Notes under the pieces: generated by a model
What the model was told of the DNA's origin: nothing
Databases searched by the model: none
The model's input: the letters and a program-made list of their open reading frames with translations, nothing else
Translations under genes and position numbers: made by a program
Part shown: in pieces, positions 45,571 to 57,127 of the stretch
Position numbering within the stretch: position 1 is the stretch's first letter
How the letters are laid out: each line of letters starts with the position of its first letter
Assembly: GCA_964016885.1 (NCBI GenBank)
Contig: OZ024766.1
Coordinates: forward strand, 17,484,001-17,548,000
Length of the DNA: 64,000 bases
Source: Eledone cirrhosa
Taxonomy: Eukaryota
Direction: 5' to 3'

Positions 45571-46945
45571 AAACGGAAAAAATGAAACGAAATTTCATTT
45601 CCCACTCTGTACGGCTGTTATTACTTAAATATAAGTATGTACACGTACATACATATATGTATACAGACGTACAGTAGTATGTATATATATATATATATAT
45701 ACATACAAGCACACATATATATATATGAACGTATGGATTCACCGAACATTTATTATAATGCTCGGTGTGTTTGTAAACAAACATCCCGCATGAAGCCGTA
45801 GTGTCCAGCAACCATTGTTGCTCGTTTGTTCAACACTGACAAAGGAACGCTGTACTAGTTTCAAGCTTATTAGCTATCGTCAGCAACGTATACCTTCCTG
45901 CCAGATTGTTGAACGTATATACTTACCTTATGCATATTAACGGCTGAGAAGCCCAATTTGCATATCGAGTGGGTTAATCGGACAGGTGCACCGAAAACGA
46001 TAAACGGAAAAAATGAAACGAAATTTCATTTCCCACTCTTAGTACGGCTGTTACTTAAATATAAGTATCTATACGTACATACATATATGTATGCAGACGT
46101 ACAGTAGTATGTATATATATATACATACATGCACACATATATATATGTACGTATGGATTCACCGAACATTTATTATAATGCTCGGTGTGTTTGTAAACAA
46201 ACATCCCGCATGAAGCCGTAGTGTCTAGCAACCATCGTTGCTCGTTTGTTCAACACTGACAAAGGAACGCTGTACTAGTTTCAAGCTTATTAGCTATCGT
46301 CAGCAACGTATACTTTCCTGCCAGATTGTTGAACGTATATACTTACCTTATGCATATTAACGGCTGAGAAGCCCAATTTGCATATCGAGTGGGTTAATCG
46401 GACGGGTGCACCGAAAACGATAAACGGAAAAAATGAAACGAAATTTCATTTCCCACTCTTAGTACGGCTGTTATTACTTAAATATAAGTATGTACACGTA
46501 CATACATATATGTATACAGACGTACAGTAGTATGTATATATATATATATATACATACATGCACACATATATATATATGTACGTATGGATTCACCGAACAT
46601 TTATTATAATGCTCGGTGTGTTTCTAAACAAACATCCCGCATGAAGCCGTAGTGTCCAGCAACCATTGTTGCTCGTTTGTTCAACACTGACAAAGGAACG
46701 CTGTACTAGTTTCAAGCTTATTAGCTATCGTCAGCAACGTATACCTTCCTGCCAGATGATTGAACATCTGAAAGTATATACTTACCTTATGCATATTAAC
46801 GGCTGAGTAGCCCAAATTGCATATCGAGTGGGTTAATCGGCCGGGTGCACCGAAAACGATAAATGGAAAAAATGAAACGAAATTTCATTTCCCATTCTGA
46901 GTACTGAGAGTGGGAAATGAAATTTCGTTTCATTTTTTCCGTTTA

Positions 46946-46946
<1 letters not shown>
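45571..46946 (-). mobile_element. Tandem array of three 420-440-bp HHR-containing units with a terminal inverted segment (retrozyme / Penelope pseudo-LTR-like)
   Basis: Units start at 45571, 46002, 46422 and 46861 (partial). Identical HHRs at 45847-45889, 46267-46309 and 46698-46740. Hairpin 46859-46946 centred on agtact. Flanked by (TA)n. Confidence 0.82.
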
Positions 46947-48035
<1,089 letters not shown>

Positions 48036-48058
48036 CATACATACATACATATATATAC

Positions 48059-48105
<47 letters not shown>

Positions 48106-48124
48106 CATACATACATATATATAC

Positions 48125-48178
<54 letters not shown>

Positions 48179-48277
48179 GTATGGTCTTTAAAGCGATGAA
48201 ATGCCTATGATGGTTGGAAGATCACTGATGAAGGACAAACTTTTTTCATATGTAACCCATTTGCAACTCCGCAGCAC

Positions 48278-48338
<61 letters not shown>

Positions 48339-48677
48339 TATACGTATATATATATATATATATACACATATATCACAACAATGAACCTCTTTACTACACA
48401 CACACATATTTGTCTTAAGACTTATTTTTCAGTGACTTCTCAATCAGGTGAAAAAGGACACTCTTCGACAAACCTACATTTGGCGCAAAATCAATTTTTA
48501 ACATTCACGTGACCTCTACCGACCAATCAAAATTGTTTTGGGGCGAAATTTGTAGTACTCATTCACGTGACATTCAACAACCAACCAAATCTTAATACCT
48601 CTGGAGCCACTTTTTTCACATAAAACAGGTAGAATTTCCAAAACTGATCAGATTAGAGCAAACATCACGGACGGTCT

Positions 48678-49790
48678 AAATACAATAGTATATATAGAGT
48701 AATGTAAATGTTATGTGAGGTATTATGTGAGGTAAAGCCTTTACTGTGACAATACAATAGTATATATAGAGTAATGTAAATGTTATGTGAGATATTATGT
48801 GAGGTAAAGCCTTTACTGTGACAATACAATAATATATATAGAGTAATGTAAATGTTATGTGAGATATTATGTGAGGTAAAGCCTTTACTGTGACAATACA
48901 ATAGTATATATAGAGTAATATAAATGTTATGTGAGATATTATGTGAGGTAAAGCCTTTACTGTGACAATACAATAGTATATATAGAGTAATGTAAATGTT
49001 ATGTGAGGTATTATGTGAGGTAAAGCCTTTACTGTGACAATACAATAGTATATATAGAGTAATGTAAATGTTATATGAGATATTATGTGAGGTAAAGCCT
49101 TTACTGTGACAATACAATAGTATATATAGAGTAATGTAAATGTTATGTGAGGTATTATGTGAGGTAAAGCCTTTACTGTGACAATACAATAGTATATATA
49201 GAGTAATGTAAATGTTATGTGAGATATTATGTGAGGTAAAGCCTTTACTGTGACAATACAATAATATATATAGAGTAATGTAAATGTTATGTGAGATATT
49301 ATGTGAGGTAAAGCCTTTACTGTGACAATACAATAGTATATATAGAGTAATGTAAATGTTATGTGAGATATTATGTGAGGTAAAGCCTTTACTGTGACAA
49401 TACAATAGTATATATAGAGTAATGTAAATGTTATGTGAGGTATTATGTGAGGTAAAGCCTTTACTGTGACAATACAATAGTATATATAGAGTAATGTAAA
49501 TGTTATATGAGATATTATGTGAGGTAAAGCCTTTACTGTGACAATACAATAGTATATATAGAGTAATGTAAATGTTATGTGAGATATTATGTGAGGTAAA
49601 GCCTTTACTGTGACAATACAATAGTATATATAGAGTAATGTAAATGTTATGTGAGGTAAAGCCTTTACTGTGACAATACAATAGTATATATAGAGTAATG
49701 TAAATGTTATGTGAGGTATTATGTGAGGTAAAGCCTTTACTGTGAAAATACAATAGTATATATAGAGTAATGTGAATGCCAAAGGGTTAA
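48678..49790. repeat. 60/72-bp satellite, array 2 (~15 units)
   Basis: Same unit as 26366-26857; ends 'gaatgccaaagggttaa' just before the zinc-finger acceptor. Confidence 0.95.
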
Positions 49791-49793
49791 ATA

Positions 49794-49830
49794 TTCTCTA
49801 TTATCTCATACTGTTTCTTTCTTATTTCAG
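49794..49830 (+). promoter_or_regulatory. Predicted 3' splice acceptor of zinc-finger exon 2
   Basis: 'tattatctcatactgtttctttcttatttcag|aat', identical to the acceptor before the first zinc-finger ORF. Confidence 0.75.
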
Positions 49831-50181
49831 AATGCCAGATGACATTGGGATAAATGAATTTTTTTAACCTGAAATACATCTTCCCTCTATTTATCATCAT
49901 TTTATATTAAAACTTTTATATACAGAACTCTTATAACTGTATAAATCTGGCGTAGAATTACTCTGAAATATTTCCTCAAAACTGAGTTTATTTTCTTCAC
50001 TATGAGGTATAATTTATATTTTACCTCAACTTGGATCACAAAGATGTTTGCTCCATCTGCCGATATTGACTGAAATCACCGTTGATGGAAATATAGCAGA
50101 AGAAATATTTTTTAGGAATATAATATTAAAAAAATATTACAAGAAAAAACATCTCTAAATTGTGTCAAGGGAAGAAGAAAC

Positions 50182-51741
50182 ATGGAAAATAAATTTAGTG
50201 TGAAGAAGATTAAACGTGAAACCCTGTCTGAAAGTATTAATATTCCTGATGGAGGAGAGAAGCCATATCACTGTGATATCTGTGGTAAATCATTCTCTCA
50301 AAAGAGTAACTTAAACAAACACATACGAATACATACAGGAGACAAGCCATATCATTGTGATATCTGTGGTAGATCGTTCTCTTATAGGAGTAAATTAACT
50401 ACACACAAACGTACACACACTGGAGTGAAACCATATCATTGTGACATCTGCGGTGAGTCTTTCTCTCAACCGGCTAGCTTAACATCTCACAAACGTATTC
50501 ATACAGGAGAGAAGCCATATCACTGTAATATCTGTGGTAAATCATTCTCTGTAAGCTATTCCTTAAATAGACACAAACATCTCCATGCTGGAGAGAAGCC
50601 ATACCACTGCAAAATCTGTGATAAAACTTTCACTCAATCTGTTCATCTATCTATGCACAAACCTATACATACAGGAGAGAAGCCATATCAGTGTGATATC
50701 TGTGGTAGATCCTTCGCTCAGTCTGCTCATTTAACTTCACACAAACATACACATACAGGAGACAAGCCATACCACTGTGATATCTGTGGTAAATCATTTT
50801 CTAAATCTACTCATTTAACTACTCACAAACGTATACATACAGGAGAGAAACCATACCACTGCGATATCTGTGGGAAATCATTCTCTCAATCAGCTCACTT
50901 AGCTAAACACAAACATTTACATACAGTAGAGAAGCCATATCACTGTGAGTTCTGTGGTGACTCATTTTCTAAATCTACTTATTTATTTTCTCACAAACGT
51001 ATACACACGGGTGGGAAGCCATATCAGTGTGAGATTTGTGGTAAATCATTCTCTAAATCTTCTCACTTAAATGCACACAACCATACACACACAGGAGAGA
51101 AGCCATATCACTGTGATATCTGTGGTAAATCATTCTCAATATCAACCCACTTAACTGCACACAAACGTATACATACAGGAGAGAAGCCATATCACTGTGA
51201 TGTCTGTGGTAAATCATTCTCTGTGGCTGCTAGCTTAACTATACACAAACGTATACATACAGGTGAGAAGCCATACGACTGTAATATCTGTGATAAATCA
51301 TTCTCTGCAAGTTATTCCTTAAAAAGACACAGACAAATACATACAGGAGAGAAGCCATATCAGTGTGATATCTGTGGTAAATCATTTACTCAGTCTACTC
51401 ACTTAATTACACACAAACTTACACATACCGGAGAGAAGCCATACCACTGTGATATCTGTGGTAAAGCATTCTCCAAAACTGCTCATCTGACTACGCACAA
51501 ATATATACATACAGGAGAGAAGCCATATCACTGTGATATCTGTGGCTACTCATTTTCTAAATCGACTCACTTGACTAGCCACAAACGTACCCATACAGGA
51601 GACAAGCCATATCACTGTGACGTCTGTGGTAAATCATTCTCTGTGACAGGTAATTTAAGCAGGCACAAACATATTCATACAAAGAGAGATGCTATATTAC
51701 TGATGTCTACGGTAGATCGTTCCCTGAAAAATGAAACTTAA
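50182..51741 (+). CDS. C2H2 zinc-finger protein, 17 tandem fingers, paralog of 28278-29879
   Basis: 519-aa ORF with a homologous leader ([14 protein letters not shown] vs [13 protein letters not shown]); the tail is a frameshifted, decayed 18th finger. Confidence 0.95.
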   Translation: MENKFSVKKIKRETLSESINIPDGGEKPYHCDICGKSFSQKSNLNKHIRIHTGDKPYHCDICGRSFSYRSKLTTHKRTHTGVKPYHCDICGESFSQPASLTSHKRIHTGEKPYHCNICGKSFSVSYSLNRHKHLHAGEKPYHCKICDKTFTQSVHLSMHKPIHTGEKPYQCDICGRSFAQSAHLTSHKHTHTGDKPYHCDICGKSFSKSTHLTTHKRIHTGEKPYHCDICGKSFSQSAHLAKHKHLHTVEKPYHCEFCGDSFSKSTYLFSHKRIHTGGKPYQCEICGKSFSKSSHLNAHNHTHTGEKPYHCDICGKSFSISTHLTAHKRIHTGEKPYHCDVCGKSFSVAASLTIHKRIHTGEKPYDCNICDKSFSASYSLKRHRQIHTGEKPYQCDICGKSFTQSTHLITHKLTHTGEKPYHCDICGKAFSKTAHLTTHKYIHTGEKPYHCDICGYSFSKSTHLTSHKRTHTGDKPYHCDVCGKSFSVTGNLSRHKHIHTKRDAILLMSTVDRSLKNET

Positions 51742-51766
51742 TTACACACAAATATATACATACAAA

Positions 51767-52402
51767 GAAGACTACGTTGGTATGGTCACGTGATGCGCAT
51801 GAAAGATGACAGCTGCAGGGCGATCAAAATTGATGGAAGCTACGGAGTAGGTAGACCCAGAAAAACCTGGGATGATTTGATAAATTCCAACTTTACACAC
51901 TTGCACCTTTCCAAGACAATGTCACTGGACCGAGATCTTTGGCGTTACGCAGTAATACAGAAGTCCCGCCTTGCCTATGTACAAAGCGAAACCTACAGTC
52001 AGTAGGCACCTCTTAACCAAATATACACCCCAATCCACTACCCCTACCTTATCCTCCCACTCCCACCAACACCACCCTCTCTCTGTAAAGTTGGTACCAC
52101 AACATCCAGTCCAAATAAATGAGAAAATGAGATCGAGATCGTGTAGGTGTCACGACAAAAACACACACAGTCCACGCTGTAATGTGGCCGTGTAGGTAAC
52201 ACGGTAAAAACCTCCCAGTTCCACACTGTAAACGTGGTTGGTGTTAGGAAGGGCACCCAGCCGTAGAAAACCTGCCAGATAGTCCTATATGAGCAAGACA
52301 CGGTCACCCGACCAATCTTGCCTCGAGTGGGACAACTCCCGTCTGTCTAACCCATGCTAGCGTGGAAAATGGACGTTAAACGAAGATGATGATGATGATG
52401 AT
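51767..52402 (+). mobile_element. 5'-truncated RTE-type LINE 3' end inserted in the decayed zinc-finger tail
   Basis: 'RLRWYGHVMRMKDDS...GRPRKTWDDLI...DRDLWR' plus UTR and (GAT)n; lies between 'HKYIHT' and 'KPYYCDI' codons. Confidence 0.85.
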
Positions 52403-53345
52403 AAGCCATATTACTGTGATATCTGGGGGACATAATTCTTTCAAAAAGGAAACTTAACTAGACACAAACGTTTATATACAGGGCAGGAGCTGTATTCCTG
52501 CGACATCTGCAGCAAATCATTCTCTGTAAGAAGTCACTTCACTGGACACTAACGTGTAGAGGAGAGAAGCCATATCACTGTAGTAAATCATTCTCTGAAT
52601 GTTTTGGCTGCAGAGACTTGCCTATGTAAAGAGGAGAGAAGCCATATCACTGTGATGTCTGTGGTAAATCATTCTCTGAATGTTTTGGCTTCACCAGAGA
52701 CTTACCTATGTAGAGAGGAGAGAAGCCATATCACTGTGATGTCTGTAGTAAATCATTCTCTGAATGTTTTGGCTTCACCAGAGACTTGCCTATGTAAAGA
52801 GGAGAGAAGCCATATCACTGTGATGTCTGTAGTAAATCATTCTCTGAATGTTTTGGCTTCACCAGAGAGGAGAGAAGCCATATCACTGTGATGTCTGTAG
52901 TAAATCATTCTCTGAATGTTTTGGCTTCACCAGAGACTCACCAATGTAAAGAGGAGAGAAGCCATATCACTGTGATGTCTGTAGTAAATCATTCTCCGAA
53001 TGTTTTGGCTTCACCAGAGAGGAGAGAAGCCATATCACTGTGATGTCTGTAGTAAATCATTCTCTGAATGTTTTGGCTTCACCAGAGACTCACCAATGTA
53101 AAGAGGAGAGAAGCCATATCACTGTGATGTCTGTAGTAAATCATTCTCCGAATGTTTTGGCTTCACCAGAGACTTGTCTATGTAGAGAAGAGAGAAGCCA
53201 TATCACTGTGACGTCTGGTAAATCATTCTCTGAATGTTTTGGCTTCACCAGAGACTTGCCTATGTAGAGAGGAGAGAAGCCATATCACTGTGATGTCTGG
53301 TAAATCATTCTCTTGTAAAGGTGACTTAATGAAACACAAATGCAA
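52403..53345 (+). pseudogene. Decayed zinc-finger units amplified as an 84/67-bp tandem repeat
   Basis: Unit reads [26 protein letters not shown]; both His ligands lost; ~9 copies from 52560. Confidence 0.85.
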
Positions 53346-53777
53346 TGAGACAATAAAAACCACACCACTCGCCCAAGATTGTGCGACAAATGTTGTAAAT
53401 GTCTTTAATAAAACTCGTTTACTAGAAAATGACTCTCTTTTCAGTTTATTTGTAGAAGATCTAACCAAGACTTGTGCTGAAACTACTGTAAAGTATAGAA
53501 TTTACTAATTTGGTCAATTTATTATCAAAGTTAAATATTTTTCCGGACTAATAAAATGGAATACACTCAGTAAACTGTGTAAAATGGTGAATAAATAAAC
53601 CAAGACAATATTGGTTAGATGTGACTCTTAGGGACTCTAGAGGTCTTGACAACTTCTCTACTGCTGATGTGACCCTCGGGGCTTCTAGAGGACCTGACAC
53701 CCTCTCTACTGCTGATGTGACCCTTAGGGTCTTTGGAGGACCCGACAACTTCTCTACTGCTGATACTATAACAGGCA

Positions 53778-54158
53778 CCCACGACACTCTGTAAAGTGGT
53801 AGTGTTGGTGTCATGGTATAATACACCCAGTACACTCTGTAAAGTGTTGGTGTCATGATATAATGCACTCAGTACACTCTGTAAAGTGGTAGTGTTGGTG
53901 ACATAAGATACACCCAGTACACTCTGTAAAATGGTAGTGTTGGGGTCATGATAAAATACACCCAGTACACTCTGTAAATGGTAGTGTTGGTGTCATGATA
54001 TAATACACCCAGTACACTCTGTAAAGTGGTAGTGTTGGTGTCATGATAAGATACACCCAGTACACTCTGTAAAGTGGTAATGCTAGTGTCATGATAAAAT
54101 ACACCCAGTACACTCTGTAAAGTGTTAGTGGTCATGGCACAATGAAATACACCCAGTC
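53778..54158. repeat. ~49-bp minisatellite related to the SINE A internal unit
   Basis: 'acacccagtacactctgtaaagtggtagtgttggtgtcatgataaaat' x ~8. Confidence 0.8.
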
Positions 54159-54300
54159 CATTGGTGCATACCAGATGTATTCTTCAGCCTGTACGCATGG
54201 GAAGGCAGATCTTCTGTATCTAAACTATATTAAAGAAAGGAGCGTGGAACTGTGTCCATTATATATTTTTTTACCCCGTTTGTAAAATAATTTGGATTAC

Positions 54301-55402
54301 TTTGAATAAATAATTGTTTCTACGTTAGGCACAAGGCCAGCAAATACCCAGTGTATTACTGGTACTTTATTTTATCGACCCTGTTTGAATAAATAATTGT
54401 TTCTACTTTAGGCACAAGGCCAGCAATTACCCAGTGTATTACTGGTACTTTATTTTATCGACCCTGTTTGAATAAATAATTGTTTCTACTTTAGGCACAA
54501 GGCCAGCAATTACCCAGTGTATTACTGGTACTTTATTTTATCGACCCTGTTTGAATAAATAATTGTTTCTACTTTAGGCACAAGGCCAGCAATTACCCAG
54601 TGTATTACTGGTACTTTATTTTATCGACCCTGTTTGAATAAATAATTGTTTCTACTTTAGGCACAAGGCCAGCAATTACCCAGTGCATTACTGGTACTTT
54701 ATTTTATCGACCCCGTAAGGATGAAAGGCAAAATCAACCCTGTTTGAATAAATAATTGTTTCTACTTTAGGCACAAGGCCAGCAATTACCCAGTGCATTA
54801 CTGGTACTTTATTTTATCGACCCCGTAAGGATGAAAGGCAAAATCAACCCTGTTTGAATAAATAATTGTTTCTACTTTTGGCACAAGGCCAGCAATTACC
54901 CAGTGCATTACTGGTACTTTATTTTATCGACCCCGTAAGGATGAAAGGCAAAATCAACCCTGTTTGAATAAATAATTGTTTCTACTTTAGGCACAAGGCC
55001 AGCAATTACCCAGTGCATTACTGGTACTTTATTTTATCGACCCCGTAAGGATGAAAGGCAAAGTCAACCTCAGCGGGATTTGAACTCAGATCGTAAAGGG
55101 ACGTAACTATGCTGGAAAGCATGGCGTCCGACCCTCTACTGATACTGCCAATCCACCGCCCATGTTGAATAAATCCACCGCCCTGTTTGAATAAATAATT
55201 GTTTCTACTTTAGGCACAAGGCCAGCAATTACCCAGTGCATTACTGGTACTTTATTTTATCGACCCCGTAAGGATGAAAGGCAAAGTCAACCTCGGCGGG
55301 ATTTGAACTCAGATCGTAAAGGGACGTAACTATGCTGGAAAGCATGGCGTCCGACCCTCTACCGATACTGCCAATCCACCACCACCTGTTTGAATAAATA
55401 AT
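54301..55402 (-). mobile_element. SINE B tandem ladder (2 full, 3 x 110 bp, 4 x 83 bp)
   Basis: Each unit is bounded by 'tttgaataaataat'; truncated units join at 'aaacagg|gttga' and 'aaacagg|gtcga' (rc). Confidence 0.85.
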
Positions 55403-56022
55403 GAATGAATATTACATAATTTATCTACTAATTTCATAATTCTTGATTAAATATATTTTATTGCTTATTTAAAGATTTACTTCTTTAAAATATTCAAATG
55501 TCAACACGAATGGGTTAGTGCCCGTTATATTATAACACTTATAAAAAATCGCCCGGCTGGAAATTATATCCCCTTGGCCGGCTGGAAATTATCTCCCCTT
55601 GGTCGGCTGTTAATTATATATTCTTTTACCCCGTTTGTAAAATAATTTGGATTACTTTGAATAAATAATTGTTTCTACGTTAGGCACAAGGCCAGCAAAA
55701 ACCCAGTGTATTACTGGTACTTTATTTTATCGACCCCGTTTGAATAAATAATGAATGAAAGAATATTACATAATTTATCTACTAATTTCATAATTCTTGA
55801 TTAAATATATTTTATTGCTTATTTAAAGATTCACAATTCAACACGAATGGGTTAGTGCCCGTTATATTATAACACTTAGAAAAACATTGCATATGTTTCT
55901 GTTGTTAATTTTCTCCTAATGCAGTTTATATTTAATTGTTTCTACTTTTGGCACAAGGCCAGCAATCACCCAGTGTATTACTGGTACTTTATTTTAACGG
56001 CCCCGTAAGGATGAAAGGCAAA

Positions 56023-56735
56023 GTGTGCTGGGTGCTTTTTAGCCGTGGCACCTCCACGACCACTTTACAGTGTGTGCTGGGTGCTTTTTTTGCCGTGGCA
56101 CCTCCACGACCACTTTACAGTGAGTGCTGGGTGCTTTTTTGCCGTGGCACCTCCACGACCACTTTACAGTGAGTGCTGGGTGCTTTTTTGCCGTGGCACC
56201 TCCACGACCACTTTACAGTGAGTGCTGGGTCCTTTTTTGCCGTGGCACCTCCACGACCACTTTACAGTGAGTGCTGGGTCCTTTTTTGCCGTGGCACCTC
56301 CACGACCACTTTACAGTGAGTGCTGGGTGCTTCTTTGCCGTGGCACCTCCACGACCACTTTACAGTGAGTGCTGGGTCCTTTTTTGCCGTGGCACCTCCA
56401 CGACCACTTTACAGTGAGTGCTGGGTCCTTTTTTGCCGTGGCACCTCCACGACCACTTTACAGTGAGTGCTCAGTCCTTTTTTGCCGTGGCACCTCCACG
56501 ACCACTTTACAGTGAGTGCTGGGTGCTTCTTTGCCGTGGCACCTCCACGACCACTTTACAGTGGAATGATAGGGAACCCAGTCCCTATCATCTCATTTCT
56601 ACAGCTGAGTAAACTGGAGCAATGTGAAATAAAGTGTCTTGCTCAAGGAAACAACACATCACCCGGTCTGAGAATTGAACTCACAACCTTTCGATTGCAA
56701 GCCCAATGCTCTAACCACTAAGCCATGTGCCTCCA
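56023..56735 (-). mobile_element. SINE family A, ~11 49-bp units, joined to a SINE B 3' fragment (55936-56022)
   Basis: Head at 56735; units run to the junction 'gaaaggcaaa|gtgtgctggg'. Confidence 0.85.
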
Positions 56736-57127
56736 TTGTTGTATGTTCACTAATTGATGCAGAAGTCCTAATAAAAAGTGAAATCACCTTGGGTGAATAG
56801 GCAAATAATTTTCCATTAAGATTTTTCAAAAGCATGTAATTGCGTTCCCTCTCTTTTTTTGTTGTTTTTGCTGCTGTTGGTGTGATAGCGGCCATTGGTC
56901 GTACAACTAACACAGTCTCATCCTTCTTCAGCCAATCGTCTATATCCCTTTCTGTCTCGTCAGCAATGAGAACAATATTTGCTCTAGGGTTCTTTTATAT
57001 TTGATATATATTTATCCTTATCGAGCCTCGTGAAATAAATACATTCGTTTATATTTTGTTATTGTGTATGCAAAAATATCTGTACACGAATATATAATTA
57101 TATATATAAATATATATATATATATTA

